Positions 8,678 through 17,073 of a stretch of 64,000 nucleotides of DNA are shown here, in pieces. Position 1 is the stretch's first letter; every line of letters begins with the position of its first letter. Source of the stretch: an uncultured virus (IMG/VR IMGVR_UViG_3300043442_000948) (Duplodnaviria; Heunggongvirae; Uroviricota; Caudoviricetes); IMG/VR virus record IMGVR_UViG_3300043442_000948; one strand, given 5' to 3'. The notes beneath the pieces were generated by a model that was not told where the DNA came from, searched no databases, and saw only the letters and a list, made by a program, of their open reading frames with translations. A program made the translations under genes and the position numbers.

Positions 8678-8706
8678 CGCCGATATAAAGCCTCGGGCGC
8701 GGGCCA
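8678..8706 (-). ncRNA. Putative H-type pseudoknot RNA element, copy 2
   Basis: TGGCCCGCGCCCGAGGCTTTATATCGGCG. Confidence 0.4.
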
Positions 8707-8710
8707 AAGA

Positions 8711-9316
8711 TTAGGCTAAGTGCAGCTTGCGAGTCAACCACTTATACGCGGCGAAGAGTTGGTAGCCGACCCGGAACTTCGCGGTTTCAGCTTCTATCAG
8801 CGTGGCTGTAGCTAACTTCTGCTTGAAGATATCTGTGTACCGATAGACCTTGATAGGGTCTTTGCCGCTGTCGTGGGCTTTGGCTGCTTCAGTAAAGTCA
8901 TCAAACTTCTGCCGGTGTGTAGCTATACCGTAGACTAACTCCAACGCGTTGTAGATACCGTAGTTGACTGCAAAGCTAGGCTTTTCGCCAGGCCAGTTAA
9001 GCCCTTCGTAGCCACGTTGCCACAACGGACGGACGCCTAGCTTCTTATTGGTTAACGAAGCCAGCACCCAGTCGAGCAACACGATATTGGTGTCTGGCCA
9101 GTAGTAGCAGGTACCCCCGTAGACTTCTGAGTACCACCAGAACCACCGCCCGATCCATAGTTTCTGTAGCCACTGCGGCATCCTACCTACGATGTCGGGG
9201 TCGTAGATTAGGGGGCTGACGCTGGCGTAAAGGTCGTCTTCAATCTTAACGATGTAGCCTGGGTAATCTGGTTCAATCTTCCCGCAGCACACGACGATTT
9301 CTGCTTTAGTTTCCAT
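8711..9316 (-). CDS. Hypothetical protein
   Basis: 201 aa ORF. Confidence 0.7.
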   Translation of the reverse strand: METKAEIVVCCGKIEPDYPGYIVKIEDDLYASVSPLIYDPDIVGRMPQWLQKLWIGRWFWWYSEVYGGTCYYWPDTNIVLLDWVLASLTNKKLGVRPLWQRGYEGLNWPGEKPSFAVNYGIYNALELVYGIATHRQKFDDFTEAAKAHDSGKDPIKVYRYTDIFKQKLATATLIEAETAKFRVGYQLFAAYKWLTRKLHLA

Positions 9317-9497
9317 TTTTTGTTTCCTTCAAGGATTGTATTTGTTCTAACCACTGCCTTAGTAGTTCTTCTTTCCACTCCAGGTCGTTTATTCTGTCTT
9401 CTAGACTGTCGATGTGACACATCAGCTTGAGTAGTACTGCGCCTACAAGTACGGCCAGATACAGAAATATAATCGTTAGCCTTAATTCAATGGTCAT
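9306..9497 (-). CDS. Small membrane-anchored coiled-coil protein
   Basis: N-terminal hydrophobic helix then coiled coil. Confidence 0.55.
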   Translation of the reverse strand: MTIELRLTIIFLYLAVLVGAVLLKLMCHIDSLEDRINDLEWKEELLRQWLEQIQSLKETKNGN

Positions 9498-9766
9498 TGC
9501 CGCCCGCCAAATCTATCTTCTAGGTAGCTTACTAGCCGGCGGATAAAGTCTTCGTCGAATTGCTTTGTCCAACTGAACTCGTTGGCTTTAGCAGTTAGGT
9601 CATAAGCGGTGATGGAGCTGTTAATCTCTTGTTGTTCTTCTTCGGTGACGTCGCAGCATTCAATATACTTATCCACTTTGACGGATAGAACAAGCACCAA
9701 GTACAGCAGCGAGTAGAGTTCTTCTTCTAGTTCTTCGGTAGTGGTTTTGTCTAGAGCAGTAACCAT
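9494..9766 (-). CDS. Hypothetical protein
   Basis: ORF tiling. Confidence 0.6.
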   Translation of the reverse strand: MVTALDKTTTEELEEELYSLLYLVLVLSVKVDKYIECCDVTEEEQQEINSSITAYDLTAKANEFSWTKQFDEDFIRRLVSYLEDRFGGRQ

Positions 9767-9768
9767 GG

Positions 9769-10158
9769 TTAATAAAGCTGGACAGTCTTCCAGTTGATAG
9801 CTTCCATTTCTTCAAATATATCTCGTAGCTGCCGCGCCCACTCTTCTTTAGTGATGTCCCGGCAGGCACCATCGAACCAGTCCATAAACCAGTATTCAAT
9901 CTTACCGTTAGGGAAGAAGCGGATTTGGTCGCTAGGGCCGCCGTAGCTCAGCATATAACTGTAGTAGCCACACTCTTGCCATTCAAAGGTTCCAGGTTCG
10001 ATATATTCAAAGTCCAAACCGTATTCGTGAAAGGGCGGCAGATTTCGTTCCTGGCTACCTTCTTCGTAGACATCGGCGTCGTTTAGGTACAGCTTGATGT
10101 CCGCTTTTACTTTGGCTAGTTCAGCATCAATTCTCTGTTCGCAAGTTCGTTCTGACAT
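9769..10158 (-). CDS. Conserved-type phage hypothetical protein
   Basis: LSYGGPSDQIRF...IEYWFMDWFDGA motif. Confidence 0.7.
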   Translation of the reverse strand: MSERTCEQRIDAELAKVKADIKLYLNDADVYEEGSQERNLPPFHEYGLDFEYIEPGTFEWQECGYYSYMLSYGGPSDQIRFFPNGKIEYWFMDWFDGACRDITKEEWARQLRDIFEEMEAINWKTVQLY

Positions 10159-10730
10159 AATTCATCTTCGATGCGGGTTCGTAGTTTTACTTTCTTCTGT
10201 AGGGCTAGCCGGACGATGTCGTCTAGCTTAGACACTACGTTACCAGTGGCGTCCACACCTACGTCCACGGCGCGGTACTCTTCCAGCCCAGTCTTACGTC
10301 CGTGCATGTGTCCGTGGCAGTGGACTGAGCCGTCCATCATGCCGTACCAATCTAGGATGGGATAGTGCATCATGACCAGCCGGGTGGGTGGTAAGCCTTC
10401 TTTCTTGTAGGTGAACGTATGGTAGTCCACGATGTTAACGAAGCAGGCTTTGAACTTACCGCGGTCTCTAAAGCTTCGGTCGTGGTTGCCTGCTACTAGG
10501 AACTTACTACCGTTGAGGGCGTTCAGGATTTCTACTGTCTTGGGTAAGGAGTAGAAGGACACGTCGCCAAGGATGTAAACGAAGTCGTTGGGGGTGACGG
10601 TGGCATTCCACTCTTCAATCATCCCAGCGGTCATGCCCTCCACAGTGCCATACTTCCCACGGGTGTGGGCGCAGTATTGAAGGATAGACCGCTGTCCAAA
10701 GTGAAGGTCGGAGGTTATGTAGGATTGCAT
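10116..10730 (-). CDS. Calcineurin-like metallophosphoesterase
   Basis: SDLHFG, LGDV, GNHD, MHYP, HGHMH, VDVGVD motifs. Confidence 0.9.
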   Translation of the reverse strand: MQSYITSDLHFGQRSILQYCAHTRGKYGTVEGMTAGMIEEWNATVTPNDFVYILGDVSFYSLPKTVEILNALNGSKFLVAGNHDRSFRDRGKFKACFVNIVDYHTFTYKKEGLPPTRLVMMHYPILDWYGMMDGSVHCHGHMHGRKTGLEEYRAVDVGVDATGNVVSKLDDIVRLALQKKVKLRTRIEDELCQNELANRELMLN

Positions 10731-10951
10731 TAGTCTATTACGTCTTCTATTGTCTCAGTGTCATAGAATTCCAAGTTGAAGTGCCTAGCATCGACGATAC
10801 TCTTCACTAAGCTTTTAGCTTCTTTAAACAATGCGTTTAGTTCTTCTTCAGTTTCCGCGGCGTTGTCGCTATGCACTGGGAAGTTAAGACTAAAGTAGTG
10901 TACATACTTTGGTACATAGTTAGGTGCGTTTTTCATAAAGTAGTTAACCAA
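10730..10951 (-). CDS. Hypothetical protein
   Basis: ORF tiling. Confidence 0.5.
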   Translation of the reverse strand: MVNYFMKNAPNYVPKYVHYFSLNFPVHSDNAAETEEELNALFKEAKSLVKSIVDARHFNLEFYDTETIEDVID

Positions 10952-12042
10952 CTAACGTCGTCGGTTTTGTGGTATCGGGAATAAGGAAAGTTTGGGTAAA
11001 TCGTCGCTAGTTCCCCGTTTAGGTAAGCAACTAACATTTTACCTACTGCTTTTCCTAAGGAGCAGGGCACGGCGTTTCCTACTTGTCGGTATTGGTCTAG
11101 TAACGACCCTGCGATTACCCAATCGTCTGGGAGTTCTTGGATGCGCTTGTACTCTTCAATACTAAGGGGTCTGTCCTCTTCCGGGTGACCAAGGTCGGTA
11201 GCTGGCATAGCCGGGTGAGTTACTAGCGTGGGGGAGGGTTTATCCCAAGCAAGCCTTCTATAAAATCCAGTCTTCCCGCCGCCGGAGTGGTAAGAGCCGC
11301 CCAATGCTTCTTGATGTAGCTCTGGTGGTAAATCACGCCAGTGCTGCCCGTCTGTAAGCATTCTATAGTATTTAAGTCTCCGCTCTGGGAACTTGACGAA
11401 GTGGTGACCTTCTTTAGGCAGCCCAGCTAATGCTTCGCGGAGCGTTCTCCACGGTGGCAGTCCATATAAACCTACTTCTGAGTGGGTGGGAGTAAGATAA
11501 GGTAGCTTATCGCCGCTGCGGTTGCAGGTAATAATAACCCGCTCTCTACGTTGGGGTGCTCCGAAGTTAGCTGCGTTATACAAGTTAAAGGACACGCTGT
11601 AGCCTGCTTCTACCAACTGTTGAACGATAAAGAGTAGGGCGCTTCCCCTTTGGTTATCTTGTGAGGTTGAAGCGGACAGCAGCCCCCGAACGTTTTCAAT
11701 CACAGCGAACTGGGGCTTCAGGTCAATGATTAAGTCAATGAACGTTAGAAAGACGTTGCCGCGTTCGTCATCAAACCCTTGACGTCGCCCGGCGCTGCTA
11801 AAGGCTTGGCAGGGCGGGCCACCTACAACTAGGTCAACGTCGTTAGTTAACCCTGCCCTTTCTTTAATTTCGGCAGCTGAGTAACTACGAATGTCTCCAA
11901 TTAATGTAATGCCCGGACGGTTGGTTTCAATAGTCTTTCGAGCGGCGGCATCGATTTCGCACGCTAGGATTACTTCGATGCCTGCTTGCTCTAGACCTAA
12001 GTCTAATCCCATGCAACCGGAGAAGAAACTTAGCGCCTTCAT
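10933..12042 (-). CDS. DNA (cytosine-5) methyltransferase, M.SinI/M.AvaII-like (GGWCC-type)
   Basis: FSGCMG, GGPPCQ, ENV, QRRER, QVGNAV motifs; [34 protein letters not shown] matches the M.SinI family as recalled. Confidence 0.92.
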   Translation of the reverse strand: MKALSFFSGCMGLDLGLEQAGIEVILACEIDAAARKTIETNRPGITLIGDIRSYSAAEIKERAGLTNDVDLVVGGPPCQAFSSAGRRQGFDDERGNVFLTFIDLIIDLKPQFAVIENVRGLLSASTSQDNQRGSALLFIVQQLVEAGYSVSFNLYNAANFGAPQRRERVIITCNRSGDKLPYLTPTHSEVGLYGLPPWRTLREALAGLPKEGHHFVKFPERRLKYYRMLTDGQHWRDLPPELHQEALGGSYHSGGGKTGFYRRLAWDKPSPTLVTHPAMPATDLGHPEEDRPLSIEEYKRIQELPDDWVIAGSLLDQYRQVGNAVPCSLGKAVGKMLVAYLNGELATIYPNFPYSRYHKTDDVSWLTTL

Positions 12043-12425
12043 AATTTAGTGACTCGTACAGGAATACGACCTTTCTTCAGCGGTGCTAACCGTCGGAAGG
12101 CAGCTTTGCTGAGGTCAAGGCTGCAGTGGCAGCGGTCCATAACTGTAACTACCACGCTTCGGTTCTTGTAGCGGACGCGGAGCCGGGTACCTAGGCGGTA
12201 GGTGGGGTGGGCAGCTACCATAGCGGACTGGCTGAAGCGACGCCCGTTGGCCATACGGCGTCCGTTGTAGTAGTTGCTGTAGTAGGTGGCGCTAGCACGA
12301 ACGGTTCGTGCATCTGCGGGGGTCTCAGGAATAAGGCAGATACCAGTTAGAGTACATAGCGCAATGGCTAGGGTTTTCTTTAGATTCATAACTTTAGATT
12401 CGTTCGTAGTGAAGCAGTAATTCAA
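12039..12425 (-). CDS. rlpA: RlpA-like double-psi beta-barrel lytic transglycosylase with signal peptide
   Basis: [15 protein letters not shown]....AAH.T...GT.LRV...SVVV.V.DR...LDLSKAAF. Confidence 0.85.
   Translation of the reverse strand: MNYCFTTNESKVMNLKKTLAIALCTLTGICLIPETPADARTVRASATYYSNYYNGRRMANGRRFSQSAMVAAHPTYRLGTRLRVRYKNRSVVVTVMDRCHCSLDLSKAAFRRLAPLKKGRIPVRVTKL
12295..12311. promoter_or_regulatory. Palindrome GCACGAAC-G-GTTCGTGC inside rlpA
   Basis: Same core as 20035-20049, 50060-50074 and 63645-63658. Confidence 0.4.
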
Positions 12426-12756
12426 TAACGTCGTAGACGCTAGACAATTTCTTCTCTTCGTCTTCTAGGCCGTCGCCGGTGAACCATGAGTAGATACTGA
12501 CTACAGAGTCGCCGGCTTTCTGGTCTAGGACAACTACAAGCTCTTTGTCTTGGCAGTATTGTTTGTTGAGAACGTTTGGCCCCCAATGAAACTGCACAAC
12601 GCTGATGCCTTTCGGGTTGATATGAGCGTGTAGGTATAACTCTTCGATGTTTATCTTACGAGTTACAGCCAGTAGTTTTACAGTGGCCTGCAACAGCTCC
12701 GCTGGTGGGGGTCTTTCGTTTCTTAACTCACTTAGGTATTCGTCGGCTCTACTCAT
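12394..12756 (-). CDS. Hypothetical protein
   Basis: ORF tiling. Confidence 0.6.
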   Translation of the reverse strand: MSRADEYLSELRNERPPPAELLQATVKLLAVTRKINIEELYLHAHINPKGISVVQFHWGPNVLNKQYCQDKELVVVLDQKAGDSVVSIYSWFTGDGLEDEEKKLSSVYDVIELLLHYERI

Positions 12757-12779
12757 AAAAAGCCCGCCGGAAGCGGGTT
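12756..12779 (-). terminator. Rho-independent terminator
   Basis: AACCCGC-TTCCG-GCGGGCT-TTTT hairpin on the minus strand. Confidence 0.7.
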
Positions 12780-12822
12780 GTAAGGGTTTATTGTAGCTAA
12801 GATCAATCGATTGACTCTAATC

Positions 12823-13071
12823 TTAGGTGTTATGTTTGGCGTTGTAGGAAAGGTCAGTGACTTTATCCTCCAGTCTTTTGATGTATTCCAGCAAGGCGTC
12901 GCACTGCTCGTAGAGCCGCTTGATGTGTCCTTCGTAGTCTTCTGTAGACCAATTAGCGAACTTGGTGGGGCTGTTGTAGCTATAGGGATAGTATTCGGGC
13001 TTACTCAGCGGGCGCGGTGGGTCAGGGCGCTCATTAAATCTTAAAGACATCGGCTTTACTCCCCTAACCAT
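12823..13071 (-). CDS. Hypothetical coiled-coil protein
   Basis: ORF downstream of a promoter-like motif. Confidence 0.55.
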   Translation of the reverse strand: MVRGVKPMSLRFNERPDPPRPLSKPEYYPYSYNSPTKFANWSTEDYEGHIKRLYEQCDALLEYIKRLEDKVTDLSYNAKHNT

Positions 13072-13099
13072 AGATAAGCGTTTAGGCTAAACTCATCTG

Positions 13100-13128
13100 G
13101 CTTTCCCTCTGCTTTTTTCTCTGCCTTC
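13100..13128 (-). promoter_or_regulatory. Repeated 29-bp promoter-like motif, copy 3
   Basis: Minus strand GAAGGCAGAGAAAAAAGCAGAGGGAAAGC. Confidence 0.5.
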
Positions 13129-13241
13129 GTGTCCACAGCAGTGATACTGGGGTCAGTTGTTTCGTCAATAGCTTTTATGTAGGCAGCCTTTAGAGCGGAG
13201 TAGTTCCAGCTATATTTTGATTGGTTTGGTAGCATAATTCT

Positions 13242-13532
13242 TTAGCGTTGGGGCGGTATGGACTTTTTAAGTAGTTCGGTTAGCTTCCACTTTAGGTAGC
13301 TGTAGTATAGGTAGCTAACAACCAGGCCGGGCAGTAAACAGATACGTTCGATGTGCTCCTTGAACGTTAGTTTTCTGCCTGGCTCAAACAATTCCCGGCG
13401 GTCGAAGGAGTTGTGGATGACTATTAGTGCTCCATCTACAGATATCTGTACCTTGGGGCGGCACGAGCATAGAACACTTTCGGTGTGCTCGTAGTAATCA
13501 TCCACAGGGACTACGTGTAAGGTGGGCTTCAC
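13242..13532 (-). CDS. Hypothetical protein with His/Cys motif
   Basis: HVVPVDD..EH....CSCRP...IHNSFDRRE. Confidence 0.65.
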   Translation of the reverse strand: MKPTLHVVPVDDYYEHTESVLCSCRPKVQISVDGALIVIHNSFDRRELFEPGRKLTFKEHIERICLLPGLVVSYLYYSYLKWKLTELLKKSIPPQR

Positions 13533-13762
13533 TCCGTAGCCTCCTTTTCTATTAACTTTTTCTTGCTAGCCTTGAGTTCTTTCCACAGAGCCTTGATTTG
13601 TTTGTAGGCTTCGGTGGGTTCTAACTTACCGTTGGTCTCTAGACTAACGATGATAGACACCCGGTTTTGGAACTCTTGAAGGTTAGCGTCGAAGATTAGG
13701 TTCTGGGGAGTGAACCGACCGTAGTAACGGGACTGGGGGTATAGGAAGCTATCTTTATCCAC
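13529..13762 (-). CDS. Conserved cyanobacterial small protein (DUF7219-like)
   Basis: FLYPQSRYYGRFTPQNLIFDANLQEF..RVS.I..LETNGKL.P.EAY.QIK.LW..LK.SK.L; start at GTG 13762. Confidence 0.8.
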   Translation of the reverse strand: MDKDSFLYPQSRYYGRFTPQNLIFDANLQEFQNRVSIIVSLETNGKLEPTEAYKQIKALWKELKASKKKLIEKEATE

Positions 13763-13764
13763 TG

Positions 13765-14034
13765 TTAGAGCCTCATTAATACTAAAGGACGAATTTCTAC
13801 TGTAGCGCTGCTGTCCTGGTGCTTCACAAACAGCCGGCCATACTCGATGAAGTACTCGTCTGTAGGTGTACAGTAGACCACGCTGCAGTTGTTGTACTCG
13901 TCGCAGTTTACATATCCTAAGCCTAGCTTGCCAGGCTCGCTGACTAACTTGGCTACGATATAGCCGTTGACGCCAATACACTCGGCTCTATCTAGGATTC
14001 TTATGAAGTCATCGTAGCTAAGGGGTGCTTTCAT
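13765..14034 (-). CDS. Hypothetical protein
   Basis: ORF tiling. Confidence 0.55.
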   Translation of the reverse strand: MKAPLSYDDFIRILDRAECIGVNGYIVAKLVSEPGKLGLGYVNCDEYNNCSVVYCTPTDEYFIEYGRLFVKHQDSSATVEIRPLVLMRL

Positions 14035-14317
14035 TGCTAGCCCCCACTCTTTCCAGGATTAAGTTAGCCAGCTCCTCTGCTTTTTCTTTGGTTAGGATAG
14101 TTTCCCCATAAGGGTGGGTTAGCTTATCCCCAAAGATATAGCGGAGACCAATCCATAGCCGCTGTAGGAAGCCACGGTACTCCAAATGGACTCCGAAGAC
14201 AATCTCTTCGATGTCCCCTTCATCGGCGGTAAAGGGGCTTTTCCAAGTAAACTGGCTGACGACGATGTGGTGTTCAGTGGTTCCACATTCACAAACAAAG
14301 AAGTCGTGTCGAATCAC
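14018..14317 (-). CDS. Hypothetical phage protein
   Basis: CECG..EH and F.QRLW.GLRYIFG pattern. Confidence 0.65.
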   Translation of the reverse strand: MIRHDFFVCECGTTEHHIVVSQFTWKSPFTADEGDIEEIVFGVHLEYRGFLQRLWIGLRYIFGDKLTHPYGETILTKEKAEELANLILERVGASNESTP

Positions 14318-14922
14318 AGGGTTCCCTCCAATACAGCGCGTTCTTTACTTAAGTCACGGTCGATAGCCCGTTCGCTGGAGAACTTGTCACCGTAGCGGGT
14401 ATACAGTTTCACTAGGTTCTTTCTGAACACTGGGGAAAGTCCGCTGTTGCTGTTGGAGACAATCCAGGGGATGTGCATATACCAGGTCAAATCGCCCAAC
14501 TCTTCGATGATGTTAACCCCGTCGAGTTCTTCTTCTTCAACAATGGCTCGGTAGAGAGCGTTGACCAGCTCGGCAGCTTCCGTAGCTATGCCTAGGATGG
14601 AGTGAATCAACCGGTGGTCTACTTTCACGTTATCCCAGCTGGTTACTGTTAGATAAGGATTGCCATACTCACTTTTGTGGTGGTCTGCTTGCTCTTCGAC
14701 AGTGGTGTATTTGTTATCCCCGTAGAACAAACTCTTCTTCAATTCGTCCAAGCCGTCGCTAATCTCTAGGAACTGCTCCATAATAGCCATTGCTGTAGCT
14801 ACAGGATAGCGGTCGCCGTGCCAAGAGTCTGACAGAGTGCAGCTGGCTCCTTCGCAGTACTCTTGCCAAGTGATGTCTTCGCCGTTGAGGCACTTTTCAA
14901 TTACTGAGTGCATGTCTTTCAA
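14314..14922 (-). CDS. mazG: MazG-like NTP pyrophosphohydrolase
   Basis: LGIATEAAEL...EELGDLTWY...N..KL..RY..KFS. Confidence 0.85.
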   Translation of the reverse strand: MKDMHSVIEKCLNGEDITWQEYCEGASCTLSDSWHGDRYPVATAMAIMEQFLEISDGLDELKKSLFYGDNKYTTVEEQADHHKSEYGNPYLTVTSWDNVKVDHRLIHSILGIATEAAELVNALYRAIVEEEELDGVNIIEELGDLTWYMHIPWIVSNSNSGLSPVFRKNLVKLYTRYGDKFSSERAIDRDLSKERAVLEGTL

Positions 14923-14937
14923 GTAGTGGTTATTGGT

Positions 14938-15423
14938 CTATGGTACTTCGCAAACGAATCGGTAGACTGTCTGCAGTAAACTTTGAGGGTATAAGTTGGC
15001 GTGGAGGTCTTTGTCGAAGTAGACATCCAACAGACAGCCTAGGATTTGTTCCTGAAGCTCTTTGACTAAGAAGTCTGAGAACTGCAGCGCACGCTGCCAA
15101 GTGGTTCCCTTCTTATCTTTCTTGCCAAGGAAATACAGCCGTGCTCCGATAGTAAAGAGTTCTTTAGCCGGCGGGCTGGTTAACTCGTATTGCTGCTTGT
15201 TAACAACAAAACGTCTGTTGCGCATAGCCGCGCGCACTTGTTTTGTGAGCACCTTATTTAGTCCAGTGGGTTGGGGCGGGTAACATAACTCAGCGTTCAG
15301 TAGGGATTGAAGGGCGTTGCTTAGCTCAATGGTCTTGAACATCGCTAGTGCTTTCTTTTCTTCAGGGGACATTAGCCTTAGAAGTGTAGTGACGTAATGT
15401 TTATCGAAGTCTTCAGTTCTCAT
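14938..15423 (-). CDS. Hypothetical protein
   Basis: ORF tiling. Confidence 0.65.
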   Translation of the reverse strand: MRTEDFDKHYVTTLLRLMSPEEKKALAMFKTIELSNALQSLLNAELCYPPQPTGLNKVLTKQVRAAMRNRRFVVNKQQYELTSPPAKELFTIGARLYFLGKKDKKGTTWQRALQFSDFLVKELQEQILGCLLDVYFDKDLHANLYPQSLLQTVYRFVCEVP

Positions 15424-16150
15424 AAAGACGATAGATAGTAGGTTTTACGACAGGTTTCCAATGTTCGCACTCATCAAGGTTTACCTGAACTTCGAGAGTA
15501 CCGGTGGGCATCGTAACAGGGGGCGCTACTTCTTGTGGCGGCTCTGTGGTGGCGAGCTCCTCAACAGGCTCTGTATCAATCTTCTGCTTGGTTTTTTTAA
15601 TGCGTGTTACATAAGAGTCCGTTAGCTTATAGTAGTAACGACTTTCTTTGCTTAGCAGGTTTGAATAAACCATCTTGCTAATTGCCTGACTAACCAGAAC
15701 TTTCCACTTTGACCGTGTATGACGCGGGCCGTTAGATAAGACAATGTCATACTCAGAGATATCGAAGTGCTGCGTCAGAGCCTGCTGGAACTGGAAGGTT
15801 GTGTACTTTGTGTCGTAGTTAAAGTACTCTGTCTCCTCAATAATTTCAATCAACATGTACATGAAGTAATCGACTTCTTCATCTGTGATTGACATCATAG
15901 TGTTAAGGGAGTCTTTACCACCAAGTGGTGGCGGTGGTAAAGCGGACGACTTGGCTGCTTCATTATAGGACTCTTCCGTTGTCACTTCGGCAGGGTTACT
16001 CTCTGCTTCAGCGTTTCCTATTAAGTCAACGATTAACTTAGCTTTAACAAAGTCCTTTTCAGTTAGGTATCGGATAGCTGCTTGGTGTAAGATGTCATAA
16101 ATCTGTTCTTTTAACTCTGCTGGTAGCAAGTCGAGCTTTAGGTTGTTCAC
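15413..16150 (-). CDS. Hypothetical protein, possible Mrr_N-like winged helix
   Basis: KWKVLVSQAISKMVYSNLLSKESRYYYKLT resembles the Mrr N-terminal domain pattern. Confidence 0.5.
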   Translation of the reverse strand: MNNLKLDLLPAELKEQIYDILHQAAIRYLTEKDFVKAKLIVDLIGNAEAESNPAEVTTEESYNEAAKSSALPPPPLGGKDSLNTMMSITDEEVDYFMYMLIEIIEETEYFNYDTKYTTFQFQQALTQHFDISEYDIVLSNGPRHTRSKWKVLVSQAISKMVYSNLLSKESRYYYKLTDSYVTRIKKTKQKIDTEPVEELATTEPPQEVAPPVTMPTGTLEVQVNLDECEHWKPVVKPTIYRLYEN

Positions 16151-16153
16151 TGG

Positions 16154-16414
16154 TTAGTCCTCTTTAACTTCAAACATTAGTATTTCTCCCAGCGGCGGAA
16201 TGCCGTTGAACCCCACCACAACGTAGGTCTTATCGTTGTAGCGGTAGGTATCTCCTTTCTTCGGTTTGTCAAAGTATCCCCAGTCGTGAAAGATAGGTAC
16301 GTTCTGAGCTTTGTTCTTTAAGCAAATCCCATATACACCACTCAACTTGGGTCTGTTCTCGTCAATAGTTCTTTTAGTCATCAGGGTAAGCATAATCAAC
16401 GTCCTTTCCCGCAA
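16154..16414 (-). CDS. Hypothetical protein
   Basis: ORF tiling. Confidence 0.55.
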   Translation of the reverse strand: MRERTLIMLTLMTKRTIDENRPKLSGVYGICLKNKAQNVPIFHDWGYFDKPKKGDTYRYNDKTYVVVGFNGIPPLGEILMFEVKED

Positions 16415-16420
16415 TGTAGC

Positions 16421-16978
16421 TTATTCTTTAGTGTATGTAATCCCTTCAGGGCTGACTACTATCCCAGTCGTTTCGTAGTCTTCTACGACTTCTAGAAGTT
16501 TATTCTTTCTGACTAGCAGTTCATCTAGGACACAAGCGGTAAAGTAATTAAACTCCAAAGACCGGTTCTGTTCGATAAGAGCTGCAATTGCTTCTTGTTC
16601 ACTTAGTCCGCTAAGAACCAAATACCCTAAGGCATAGGTGTTAGCAATGTCTTCTTGAAGGGTATAGACAAACAGAGGACGTAACTTTTCTTTTAGGGCT
16701 ACTGCCACGAAGTCTAGAAAGATGCTGAAGTTGCTTAGCAGTTGCTCCCAAAATAGCTCTTCGTCTTCAGCATCTAAGTTGCTACCGGCTTGATTAACAG
16801 CAAAGACTGGTATCGTCGACGGTAGACTTTTGACTTCGATCTTTATGTCCGGTGGGCTGATTGTAAAAATACAGCTTTTGCTTAGGTTAACTGACCCGAC
16901 TTTGTTCTGTAGGCTTAGGATAGCTGCGCTGACGACTTCGCAGTTATTGGTTTTTAACTCTTGCGATTGTATAAACAT
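16421..16978 (-). CDS. Hypothetical protein, possible degenerate tyrosine-phosphatase fold
   Basis: C-terminal EA..L...R....N......DELL resembles PTP/DSP; no CX5R. Confidence 0.5.
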   Translation of the reverse strand: MFIQSQELKTNNCEVVSAAILSLQNKVGSVNLSKSCIFTISPPDIKIEVKSLPSTIPVFAVNQAGSNLDAEDEELFWEQLLSNFSIFLDFVAVALKEKLRPLFVYTLQEDIANTYALGYLVLSGLSEQEAIAALIEQNRSLEFNYFTACVLDELLVRKNKLLEVVEDYETTGIVVSPEGITYTKE

Positions 16979-17014
16979 TACTGGCTGTAAGAAATTACGA
17001 TGTATTTTACCAAG

Positions 17015-17038
17015 AAAAAACCTGGGTCAAACCCAGGT
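17015..17038 (-). terminator. Rho-independent terminator after nrdA
   Basis: ACCTGGGT-TTG-ACCCAGGT-TTTTT. Confidence 0.8.
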
Positions 17039-17073
17039 CAAAGTCTATGCAGGCATTAAACTAGTCAACTTTA

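Noticed and set aside
7362..8713. Stop-codon readthrough signal (pseudoknot after TAA)
   Set aside because: The two copies sit in different frames relative to the stop and extensions end after 11-12 codons with unrelated sequence
13763..13981. N-terminal extension of the 150 aa ORF 13529-13981
   Set aside because: Overlaps 13765-14034 in another frame; recognisable similarity starts only at GTG 13762
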